The notes under the pieces are model-generated. The model searched no databases. It saw only the letters and a list, made by a program, of their open reading frames with translations, and was not told the origin of the DNA. Positions 24,156 through 34,558 of a stretch of 37,154 bases of DNA are shown piece by piece. Source of the DNA: Chiloscyllium plagiosum (taxonomy: Eukaryota); the NCBI RefSeq assembly GCF_004010195.1, contig NC_057757.1:597996-635149 (forward strand). The letters are read 5' to 3'. Position numbers and translations under genes: made by a program. Position 1 is the first letter of the stretch. Every line of letters begins with the position of its first letter.

Positions 24156-24691
24156 TGTTGCATGAGACCGTGTACTGAAATCTATTACACTGTCAATCTA
24201 CATTTCCTGGGGAAGGGAATTCAAAAGCTATTTAACCTCTGGCGAAAGTTTTTGCTGTGGTCCCAAATGGTGAACACCTATCTAGTGCAAGGGGCCCTAG
24301 TATTAATTTCTCCATTTTGAAATCAGCATTTGCCTGTTTGGCTCTGTTCATTGAGATGTAATGTAGCAGGCGATCACTCTTGGTGAAATCTCTGCAGTGG
24401 CTCTTTGTCCTGTTCTTGCGCCCCATGTCTTTGGTGTGACTGAGTGATTGCTTCATGGAGGACCATTGTGAAATCAAAAGCTGATTTCCATATGGAAATA
24501 TCTACAGATGTTGGTTTTTATTGTTTTCTTTCTGTGGCTGTTGGTATGTCTTAACACACTGGAGAGGACCCTTCTGAAGGTGTTTTCTCGAGTTTCTCTT
24601 ATGATCAGTGAATCTTGAGCTTGAAGGCTGATGCAGTTGAGCCAAAGCATTGCTTTGCTTCCATTGACATTTTGAATGCTTGCATTTGCAG

Positions 24692-24824
24692 AGCAACTGG
24701 ACTGAGATTGTCGATAACTTTGATGACATGAACCTTCGGGAAAACCTGCTCCGTGGAATCTACGCCTATGGTTTTGAGAAGCCATCTGCCATCCAGCAGC
24801 GGGCCATTCTTCCCTGCATCAGGG
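24692..24824 (+). CDS. EIF4A1: eIF4A1 exon 3 (Q motif [13 protein letters not shown])
   Basis: 133 nt, AG/GT flanks. Confidence 0.97.
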
Positions 24825-25055
24825 GTAGGGATTGCACTGCTGTTTCCTGGCCAATCACAGGGGCATGTTTAGTAACAAGGTGATCACAGCATTGAGTGCT
24901 TCTCAAGAATGGTTGGCACTACCATGGGTTTGGAAGTTCATTCCTGGATATGCAGAGATCTCTCAGGGATGGGTTTCATAACGTGAGGAATTGTTTTAGC
25001 ATGCAGCATGATACATTTCCATTTGTATTACACTGCTTTGTGCTGGTTTCCAGTT

Positions 25056-25196
25056 TATCCCCAGTCACTGGGCAAGGAGGTACCATTTGCTGTGGTACTG
25101 TGACTTAATCTGATTTGGGGTATACTAATGAATCCATTATTCATCCCAGTGTGTTCCAACAGTGAATCTACACTGGTTCATACTATGGTCACAAGA
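25056..25196 (+). ncRNA. SNORA48: H/ACA snoRNA SNORA48 homolog, copy 2 (intron 3)
   Basis: Highly similar to 24015-24155; H box 25122-25127, ACA 25191-25193. Confidence 0.87.
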
Positions 25197-25338
25197 TAAT
25201 TGCATGCAAGCACCTGATCATTATTGTAAAGGGGATTGTGGGAGTTAGGCTTAGTAATGGGAGCTTTCTGCCCCAGATTCCTGAGCAGTTGCATTGAACG
25301 GGAGAAAGTAACTTGTGACCTACCTTCCCCTCTTCTAG

Positions 25339-25478
25339 AGTATGATGTCATTGCCCAGGCACAGTCGGGTACAGGAAAAACTGCCACGTTTGCCATCTCT
25401 ATCTTGCAGCAGTTAGATGTGGGCCTGAAGGAGACACAAGCCTTGGTGTTAGCCCCAACGAGGGAGCTTGCCCTACAG
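25339..25478 (+). CDS. EIF4A1: eIF4A1 exon 4 (motif I AQSGTGKT, motif Ia PTRELA)
   Basis: 140 nt, tcttctag / CAG|gtaatt. Confidence 0.97.
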
Positions 25479-25493
25479 GTAATTGTTTGTTTC

Positions 25494-25628
25494 TGCGTGT
25501 AACTTTAAATTGATGGTGGCCCCTGGCTAGTACAGACATTGAAAAATGCACACACAATCACATTGCTCTCAGAGCGGATCTTTGGATTTGTAAGACTCTC
25601 CTTTGTAGAGTTCTTGCAATGTACAGAA
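25494..25628 (+). ncRNA. Candidate H/ACA snoRNA of unassigned family (intron 4)
   Basis: tgcgt/atgca basal stem, H box acacaa 25552-25557, acattgc/gcaatgt basal stem followed directly by ACA 25623-25625; 135 nt. Confidence 0.55.
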
Positions 25629-25676
25629 AACTCCTAGGTAAGCTTTATTTTCTTTTTTCTCTCTTTATTTTCTTAG

Positions 25677-25845
25677 ATTCAGAAGGTCATAGTGGCTTTG
25701 GGTGATTACATGGGTGGGACCTGCTTCTCCTGTATCGGTGGCACCAGTATCCGATCGGACATGCAGAAGTTTCAGCTGGAGGCTCCACACATTGTGGTTG
25801 GGACTCCAGGCCGTGTATTTGATATGATGAACCGGCAGCATCTTT
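25677..25845 (+). CDS. EIF4A1: eIF4A1 exon 5 (GG doublet, TPGRVFD)
   Basis: 169 nt, long polypyrimidine tract + ag / T|gtaagt. Confidence 0.97.
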
Positions 25846-26438
25846 GTAAGTACATGGGTGGAAAGAGTTTAATTTGGGAGATTTGTAGAAGTGCCTCAAG
25901 CTTTATAGAAGGCACACAAGAGGCTGGAAGAGCACAGCAAGCCAGGCAGTATCAGGAGTTGACATTTTTGTTATAACCCTTGGGACTAGAGAGTAGCAGA
26001 ATGTTCAGGTAGTGACAGGTGAATGCAGGTGGTGGGTACGACCTGGTTGGTTGGGAAATCAAGCTTTATAGAGTTTACTTTGCATATCTCAAAAGTGCTT
26101 GCTACCTGCATGTACATCAGTGTAAGAAGCAGCTCATCAAAAGCAGTCACTGTTTTTGACTCCACCTTAAATCTTGAGCAGGATCGTTCTGTGTCTTTGA
26201 ACTCATGGCATCAGGCTATAGTCCAACTGGCTTATTTGAAATCACACTTTCAGAGCATTGCTCCTTTTATCTCATGAAGTTACTAGTTTTTATAAATGAA
26301 ATGATGGCACCTTTTAATTGGAGGGGTGGGTTCAGGGATATTGTTTGGCTTGTGTTGGGGGTTGGGGGCAGGGTGTGGTGGGGGAGAGATCTGATCAGTG
26401 ATGAATTGACTTGGTTTAAGTTTTATTTTAACTTCCAG

Positions 26439-26548
26439 CTACAAGATACATCAAGATGTTTGTTTTGGATGAAGCAGACGAAATGTTGAGTAGAGGGTTC
26501 AAGGACCAAATCTATGAAATATTCCAGAAACTCAACACATCCATTCAG
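26439..26548 (+). CDS. EIF4A1: eIF4A1 exon 6 (DEAD box)
   Basis: 110 nt; [34 protein letters not shown]. Confidence 0.97.
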
Positions 26549-26803
26549 GTACAGCAGCTGTTTGCTGGAGCAGGACCCTGTATAGTTTAAGTCATGTTTG
26601 CAGTCCTCTCTAAAACGAGTTGGTGATTGAAATGGGTATTCCTGGCAACTTGGAGGACCCATCCTGCAGATGCTGTTCAGGATAATTGGTGAAATATCAG
26701 GCATATTGGATCTGAATAACTTGGGTTTTCTGCATCAGTTTGCCACTAAGCTTGAAAGATTAATTCCTAGTTCCAGCTGCTTCTATGTTACTAATATATA
26801 AAT

Positions 26804-26977
26804 TGTCCTTTGCAAGCATCCTGCTGTAGCTGGGAACATTGGTTAATTCTGATGTTCTTAACAATGACAGTTGGATTTGTTGGGACATAGATTAATGCCC
26901 CACCCACATTGACTTGGGAGGAGTGGACCTCTTTCTTAATGTCCAGTGCTTTTACCTGTTGATGTGGTGGCACACTC
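26804..26977 (+). ncRNA. SNORA81: H/ACA snoRNA SNORA81-like (intron 6)
   Basis: Long 5' hairpin tgtcct..gggaca, H box agatta 26889-26894, ACA 26972-26974, 174 nt; gtggacctctttcttaatgtcca (26923-26945) matches recalled human SNORA81. Confidence 0.75.
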
Positions 26978-27033
26978 GCCAAAAGAGCTAACTGAGTGAT
27001 CAGTGTTTGAATACAGTCTTCTATCTCTTCTAG

Positions 27034-27177
27034 GTGGTTTTGCTTTCTGCCACAATGCCTTCTGATGTGCTGGAAGTGACCAAGAAATTCATGCGTGACC
27101 CAATTCGCATTCTTGTGAAGAAAGAGGAGTTGACGCTGGAGGGAATCAGGCAGTTCTACATTAATGTGGAGCGAGAG
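27034..27177 (+). CDS. EIF4A1: eIF4A1 exon 7 (SAT motif III)
   Basis: 144 nt; [48 protein letters not shown]. Confidence 0.97.
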
Positions 27178-27230
27178 GTGAGACACATTGGGACCTCTGC
27201 TTCAGTCGAGAGTTCCAGTCCAATTCAGCC

Positions 27231-27362
27231 TCCAGAAAGCTGTTTGTTTCAGCATGGCTTTGTGCCCTACTGGATTTCAGCTCTCTGGTAGAGAGACCAG
27301 CTGCACTCCACTGTGGATTACAATGTCAGTGTTTTTATGCAACTAAAATGCAGTTGACAGGG
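27231..27362 (+). ncRNA. SNORA4: H/ACA snoRNA SNORA4-like (intron 7)
   Basis: ccagaaagctg/cagctctctgg 5' stem; 3' pocket CTCCAC (27306-27311) + ACTAA (27342-27346) complementary to 18S UUAGU-U-G-GUGGAG, 15 nt from ACA 27357-27359. Confidence 0.78.
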
Positions 27363-27381
27363 TTAGCAGAATTGTGTATGA

Positions 27382-27609
<228 letters not shown>

Positions 27610-27744
27610 TAATTGCACTTCACTTCATGAAAGTTGTATTCCATTGTTAAAATAGGCTGCCCCTGTTTGTAGCAATCTGGTGACCAAATCTGGGGGTGGT
27701 TGTTTTCAATTAGGTATTTTCTCTCCTACGCAGCCCCCCCCTCC

Positions 27745-28430
27745 TCCTGCCAAAATCCCATCTTCCCCTGCCACTGCAGGAATTGCAAAATCTCTGCCTA
27801 CATTCCCCTGCCCTCCCCCCAACCTCTGTTCAAGGCAGAAAGGAGCGCCTCCAATCTAAATGTTTCACCTGCACTTCCCCACAGGCATTTAGTGTACCCA
27901 TTGCTCCCGATGCAGTCTCCTCTACATTGGGGAGACAGGATGCCTACTCGCAGAGGACATCTCCAGGACACTTGCACCAACCAACCCCCACCACCCATGG
28001 CTGAACGTTTTAACTTCCCCCTCCCACTCAAAGGATATGTAATTCCTGGGCCTCCTTCGCAACTCCCTAACCATTTGAGTCCTGGGGGAGGAATGTCTCA
28101 TCTTACACCTCTGGACCCTCCAACCACATGGCATCACTAGATTTTGCAAGTTTCCTCCTTTCCACTCTTACCTGTCCATCTTCCTTCCCACCTACTCGGT
28201 CCACCCTCCCCTCTGACCTATCACCATTACCCCCACCGTCCATCCATCTATTGCACTCAGCTACTCCCAGCCCCACCCCCTCATTTATCTCCACCCCTTA
28301 GGCTCCCAGCCTCAAGGACTTTTGCCCGAAACATCAATTCTCCTGCTCCTTGGATGCTGCTTGCCCTTTGCTTTTTCAGCACCCCACACTCTAATCTCCA
28401 GCATTTGCAGTCCTCCCTTTCACCGTACTT
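27745..28430 (+). mobile_element. Decayed Penelope-like element 3' end (GIY-YIG remnant + terminal repeat) in intron 8
   Basis: CRNCK..AY, FTCTS, ctctacattggggagac (LYIGET) and ttttgcccgaaacatcaattctcctgctcc terminal repeat. Confidence 0.8.
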
Positions 28431-28456
28431 CTCTCCTCACCTCCCCTGTTCCATGA

Positions 28457-28627
<171 letters not shown>

Positions 28628-29109
28628 TAACAGCCTTGTACCAGAGAAGGAGTATATGGCTTGGTATTGTGGTGATCTGCTGAAACTGTTTGAAGTAGAG
28701 CGCAGGGGAGTCTTGTGTGCCACATTCTTTGGATTTTGTAGATTTGGTGAAACATTGGCCTCGCCTGCACAGCAGATTCTGGACTTGGCCCAAGTTCACT
28801 AAATATGCAGTCAATGGTGCATTTTATAAAGCCTTGTCTAGAGCATTCAGTGAAGTGGGTCCCCTTCCTGTGCAGTGAGTGACCTTGCCTGTCGTTGGGT
28901 GGCTATGGTTGACATGAGTTAGGCCACTCGCTTTGGGTGAATGCAATCTGTTTAACTGCTGAAATGGAAACCCAGCCTGGAGGAACCGAGCTGGTCTGGC
29001 AGTATCTGGAGAATGAAATATTTGGCATTGGTTGGTTAAATCAAAAATGTTTGGAAACCACTGTCCCATGTCTGTTGTCATCACTAATAGAGCTACTGGT
29101 TTATTTTAG

Positions 29110-29189
29110 GCTCGTGGAATTGATGTGCAGCAGGTGTCCTTGGTTATCAACTATGATCTGCCTTCCAACCGTGAGAATTATATTCACAG
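29110..29189 (+). CDS. EIF4A1: eIF4A1 exon 10 (motif V ARGID)
   Basis: 80 nt; ARGIDVQQVSLVINYDLPSNRENYIH. Confidence 0.97.
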
Positions 29190-29318
29190 GTAAGTGGTGA
29201 GCAGTGTTTTTTTTTTTCACCACTGGCTGGTGCCTCTGCCTCTATGCAGGTAATCATATCACCCTGCCCCTCGCTCGCTCTCACTTTGCATCCTTGTGCT
29301 CACTCTCTACCCTCGCAG

Positions 29319-29463
29319 AATTGGCCGTGGGGGCCGCTTTGGACGGAAAGGGGTTGCCATCAACCTGATCACTGAAGAGGACAGGCGAACACTTCGTGAC
29401 ATTGAGTCATTCTACAACACTACTGTGGATGAGATGCCAATGAATGTTGCTGATCTGATCTGA
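29319..29463 (+). CDS. EIF4A1: eIF4A1 exon 11 coding part (motif VI, C-terminus ...MPMNVADLI*)
   Basis: [18 protein letters not shown] 29461-29463; exons sum to 1227 nt = 408 aa + stop. Confidence 0.97.
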
Positions 29464-29961
29464 TAGGTTTTCGGAGGCTGAGATTGAGGCTGTGAATGCT
29501 GACTGGCTTACTTGCAGTCAAGGTTTTCTTTTTAAACTCGGTGTTGAGTGTCGTCTGGATGCTCAGAACTGATCATATTGCGTACAACACTGTTGGTGAT
29601 CAGCTTGCTTTTGGAAGAATTCCTTGTCCTTCCTCCTTGTAAGGTTCAGACTGGAAATGGAGGGGGGAGAGGAAATACTTATGGGGTCATTAAAGATTCT
29701 GGGTAAGTACTTTTTCAGGCCCAGTCTTCTCTTAGATGTAGTAGCATTAGATATTTTTCATCATGTAACCATGTATTTGCGGACCCGGAAGTATCACAGA
29801 TGTTTGAAGTCTGCCAACTACGTAAAGCCAGCTTACTTCAGGATAATGTTTTGGGATTCGGAGTGGAGTGTGGGATATCATTCTTGAAATGTGTGCTAAT
29901 CACGGACAGAGATCATGTACAAATCTTGCATTGTCTGTATAGTATTTATTAAATGCTGTTC

Positions 29962-29967
29962 AATAAA
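29962..29967 (+). terminator. EIF4A1 polyadenylation signal
   Basis: AATAAA with upstream TGTA elements and ATTAAA (29948), downstream U/GU-rich sequence. Confidence 0.8.
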
Positions 29968-31006
29968 TTTGTATTTGTTTACATGCATTGTCCTGGGAAT
30001 CTTCAATGGTCTTAACTTTGCTTGACTTGACATGTATATGGAACTTGTACCCTTGTTTTTCCAGAGTAGGAAAACCTATGGGGATAGTGATGACCCTTCA
30101 CTTCATGATGTCTGTGCAGAGCTGTTACTCTGCATGTTGATGGTGTGGGCTGTGTAATCTTGTTGCTCCTCAGTGTTTGTCAGATGAGTGTGCATAGTGC
30201 CTGTATAGGGCTTCCCACTTCATTCTTCATGGCCACAGTACAGTGAGTGGCTCTCCTATGTCTATTCTCTTGTGCACCTGGATTTGGTTATTGCACTTTA
30301 TAAAGTCATGTATTATTGAACATTAAACTTGGTATAAGAATCAGCACTGATGTCTTCATATTCTTTCACTAATTGCTCCAGCTCTGCTGCTGTTGTACTA
30401 AGTGCAGAACAAGACTAAAGATGTCAGTTAAAGTTTTTGGATTTGTTTAAAATAGTCCAGAGGTCAATCCACCAGCTTATACCAAAGATATACATTGTCC
30501 CTCAGTAACAGTCTCCAAGAGAGCTTTTGGTTTCCCTTGACCCAATCAGTTTGGGCTTCATTACAACCTTGGGATGGAAACATGTAAACTGAAAAACCCT
30601 TCCCTTTTCTGTAGCTAATTTTCAGATGCCTCCCTGACCTTTAGGTGGTGCCATTTGCTTGTTTGGCTGCATGCTACAGATCAACACATTCAAGGCACTT
30701 TTTAAAACAGTTGCTTCAAAAAAAAAGTGGACATGCTGTGATTTTTGTAACATCAGACTCCATATGCATTTCAGATGTGAAAGTGACTCTGGGGGGGGGG
30801 CAGGTGTGGGCCAAAAAGGCAGGCAGTTTTGAGGTAGGATGTTTCAGCTGTTGAAGAGGTTTGAGGTCAGTCAGATGGGGTAAGATGGCTTTGTTGTATT
30901 ATCATACCATGAGCTTCTGTATAAGTAGTCTAATGTTCTGGTAACCTGGGTTTGAATCCCTCCATGAAAGTTGGTAGAATTGAGAATGGTTTCACATCTG
31001 TCAATA

Positions 31007-31229
31007 CAGAATAGCCTCAGTTATCTGATCATCAATTATCCAAATCTTGGATCATCAGAACAATATCTCAAGTTCCTGTGTTTTTTTTTTGAAACAAACA
31101 CTAAGCAAGCCTCTTGGCCTGGAGGGAGCAGGAACAGAACTGCTATTGCTGCTGTCATGAGAAACCCTGTTCTGCTATCTGAACAAAGTACTCCACACCC
31201 ATTTTGTTTGGACAATGGAGGTTGTTCTG
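31007..31229. mobile_element. Tc1/mariner-Tigger-like MITE inside a decayed SINE (~30925-31350)
   Basis: Imperfect ~22-bp TIRs cagaatagcctcagttatctga / ttggacaatggaggttgttctg with TA on both sides. Confidence 0.65.
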
Positions 31230-32356
31230 TACACTAAGTCCTTCAGGGAAGCAAAACAGGAGTTTGTCTGGTCTGGCTTAAATGTGATTCGACTTGCTGC
31301 AGTATGGTTGACTTTCTGCTGCTGTCTGACATAGCCTGGCTAGTCACTCCATTGCATTAATCACTGAAATATCAAAGGAATGGAACTAGGTAGACCACTG
31401 GGGAAAGAATAGCAGAAACAACATTGAATGAGCCAAATGGCCTGCCTTCTGCTCCTGTCTTATGGTCTGAACCCTGTTGATCTGGCAAAGTACTCTGAGT
31501 AACATCGTGGGGGTGTACCAAAATTGGGAGAGTTGTCAAGTAATAGCCTGATGTTAAATGCATGAAATGATAATGTCTGAGTGACTATCCCACCCACAAT
31601 CCTTGCCTTGCCTGAATACCCTGCCCCAATAACAGGGCAAACCCACCATGTTATACAGTTGAGGTAGTTGCCCTTTGGGAGTCTGCAATATTGACCAGAC
31701 TGCATGAAGTTTAATGGCTTCAGATTAAACACAGCCAAGGAAACCTGAATGCCATATCCCATCCTCCCTTGGCTGATGAATCATTACTTACCCATATGCA
31801 ACAATTGGAGGAAGTTGTGAGGGGGTAGAATGATGTCATGTGGGTAATTTCACAAGTAGCTCAGCAGCAACACTACCGATCAACTGGTTGGGTCTGGCAG
31901 ATACATTTGTCCACATCAGTAGAAGTATGACCATCTTTTGGAGATGAAATTGCACCTTTGCATTGAGAGTAATCTCCAGTGTGTTGTGTGGCATTATCAC
32001 CATGCTAAATGGGACGGATTTCAAACCGATCTAGCAACTTGATTTAAGAATCCACGAGGTGCTGTGGATTATCAGCAGTATTCCAGCACAATCTGTACAA
32101 CACAAATTCCCAGCTCGGCAAACAGAACCACAACAACAATCTGTGACCTCATGGCCTGCCTTGGCCACCCCACTCATCCATTACTACCAAGCCATGGGTA
32201 TTTGGTAGTTCAATGGAGAATGCAGGAGTAGCAGCTGAAAATGAGTCGTCAATCTGGTGAAGCCACCAAACAACAGGACTACTTGTATGCTGAACAGCAT
32301 ACACAGCAAGAGCTAAGCAATCCCAAAACCAACGGATCAAATCTAATCTCTGCAGT

Positions 32357-32965
32357 CATAGCCATAGAGATGCACAGCATGGAAACAAACCCTGAAGTCC
32401 AACTTGTATGCGCTGACCACGTATTCTGAATTAATTTGACCCATATCCCTCCAAACCCTTCCTATTCATATATCCATTCAAATGTACCAGCCTCCACCAC
32501 TTCCTCTGGTAGCTCATTCCATACATGCATCACCTACTGCCCCTTAGGTCCTTTATTAAATCTTGCCCCTCTCACCGTAAACCTATGTCCTCTAGTTTTG
32601 GACTTCCCCCAATCTGAGGAAGAGACCTTGTTCATGCTCCTCATGATCTTTATGGTAAATTATACATGGTCACCCCTCAGCCTCCAATGCTTCAGGGAAA
32701 ATAGCCCCAGCCATTCTGCCTTTCCCTATAGCTCCAACCCTGGCAAAATCCTTGTACATCTTTTTCCAAGTTCCACAGCATACTTCTGTAGTAGGGAAAC
32801 CAGAATCTCATGCAATATTCCAAAATTGCCTTATCGATATCCTGTACAGCCGCAACATGACCTCCCAATTCCTATACTCATTGCACTGACAAATAAAGGC
32901 AAGCATACCAAACATTTTCTTCACTGTCCTATTTACCTGTGTCTCCACTTTCAAGGAACTGTGTA
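32357..32965 (-). mobile_element. CR1 LINE 3' part, minus strand
   Basis: Reverse complement of the 6600-7100 / 1400-1800 type sequence; (catag)-type tail at 32357. Confidence 0.85.
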
Positions 32966-33489
32966 CCTGCCACATTTAGTCATGAATGGTAGTGGACAAT
33001 TAAACAACTTATTGGAGGAGGAGGCTGTACAAATATCCCCATCCTCAATACTGGATCAGCCTGACACACCAGTGCAAAAGATAAACATGCAGCAATCTTC
33101 AGCCAGAAGTGTCAAATGGATAATCCATCTTGGCAGACTCCAGTGGTCCCCAGCATTGCAAATACCAGCCTTCAGCCAATTTGTTTCACTCCATGCGGTA
33201 TCAAGGAGGAGTTGGAGGTGCTAGATTTTGCAAAGGCTACAAAATTCCAGCAATAATACTGAAGACGTGTGCTCCAGAACCTGCTGCTGCTGTAGCCAAG
33301 CTGTTCCTGTTAGGACATTGGCCTCCACCTGACAATGTGGAAAATTGCCCAGGTATGTCCTGTACACAAAAACGGGACAAATGCAAAGGGGAAACAATAC
33401 TTACTGCCGCATCAGTTTACTCTCAATCATCTGTCATGACAGAAGTTGTCATCAACAGTGGTGTCAAGCAGCACATGCTCAGTTCAGAG

Positions 33490-33580
33490 ACATTATTACA
33501 CACCTCTGGAGCAGGTGGGACTTGAACTTGGGCTTCCCAGTCCAAGGCTAGGGGTATTACCACTGTGCCATAAGACATCT
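33490..33580 (-). mobile_element. tRNA-derived SINE head fragment
   Basis: Minus strand tggcacagtggt...agttcaagtccc (A/B boxes). Confidence 0.6.
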
Positions 33581-34558
33581 TTAAGTTCCTCAATATAATG
33601 AACTGGGCCCATCAGCTTCAGCTATTTCATCAATGATTTCCTCTACACCCTAAAGTCAGAAGTGAGGATGTTTGCCAAAGATTGCACATTTCGTAATGCC
33701 TCCGATACTGAAGGAGTCCATGTTCAAATGCAGCAAGATTTGGACAATATCCAGGCTTGAACTGAGGTGACAAATAACGTTTACACCACACAAATGGCAG
33801 TCAATGGCCCTCTCCCAATAAGACACAACCTAACTATCATTCTTCAAGTTTCAATCGTGTTACCATAACCGAATCTGGAGTTAGCAACATCCTTGGGTGT
33901 GGAAAATTATCCAGAAACTTGACTGGACATGTCACACAAAAACAGTGACTACAAGAGCAGGTCAGAGACTAGGAATACTGTGGCAAGTAACTCACCTCCT
34001 GACTCCCCAAAACTTTTCCACCATCTGTAAGGCACAAGTCAGGACTGTGAGGGAATACTGCCCTATAGTCTGGATGAGCAGCTCCAACAATACTCAACAA
34101 GCTTGACACCATCCAGGACAAGTCCATTTGATTGGAACCACATCCACAAACATTCACTCCCTCCAGCACCGGTGCTCAGCAGTGTATACCATCTATAAGA
34201 TGCACTTGAGAATTCACCAAGGCTCCTCAGCACCTTCCAAACCCATGACCACATTTGCAAGAACAAAGGCAGCAAATACATGGGAACACCACCACTGCAA
34301 GTTCCCCACCTTGCCACGCATCATCCTTACTTTGAAATATATCGCCGTTCCTTCAGTGTCGCCGGGTCAAAATCCTGGAATTCCCTCCCTAAGGGCAGTG
34401 TGGGTCAATCTACAGCATACTACTGCAGCAGTTCAAGAAGGCAGCTCACCACCATCCAGCAGGGGCAACTAGGTACAGACAGTAAATATTGGCCCTCATC
34501 CCATGAGTGAATGTAAAAAAAGTTGCCAGTGTGAAGGAAGTAATGATCATCTGACGAT

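Larger units (their letters stand above)
31450..34520 (+). mobile_element. Long decayed CR1/L2-clade LINE (endonuclease to 3' tail), interrupted by a CR1 fragment and a SINE head
   Basis: IPAIILKTCAPE.A..AKLF, YCRISLLSII, TICKAQVRTVREYC RT motifs; ends atgtaaaaaaa. Confidence 0.8.

Noticed and set aside
25609..25637. 29-nt poison micro-exon (tttgtag...ctag|gtaagc) in intron 4
   Set aside because: The downstream intron would be only 39 nt, too short to splice
26568..26710. SNORA63/E3-like hairpin at the start of intron 6
   Set aside because: Only patchy resemblance, guide sequences absent, and the intron already hosts the SNORA81-like RNA
28740..28917. H/ACA snoRNA in intron 9 (where human SNORA67 lies)
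   Set aside because: Hairpins and an ACA are present, but I could not place a consistent H box and pocket or see family similarity
32436..33224. 262-aa ORF as a host gene
   Set aside because: It is the antisense of a CR1 fragment joined to an off-frame LINE segment
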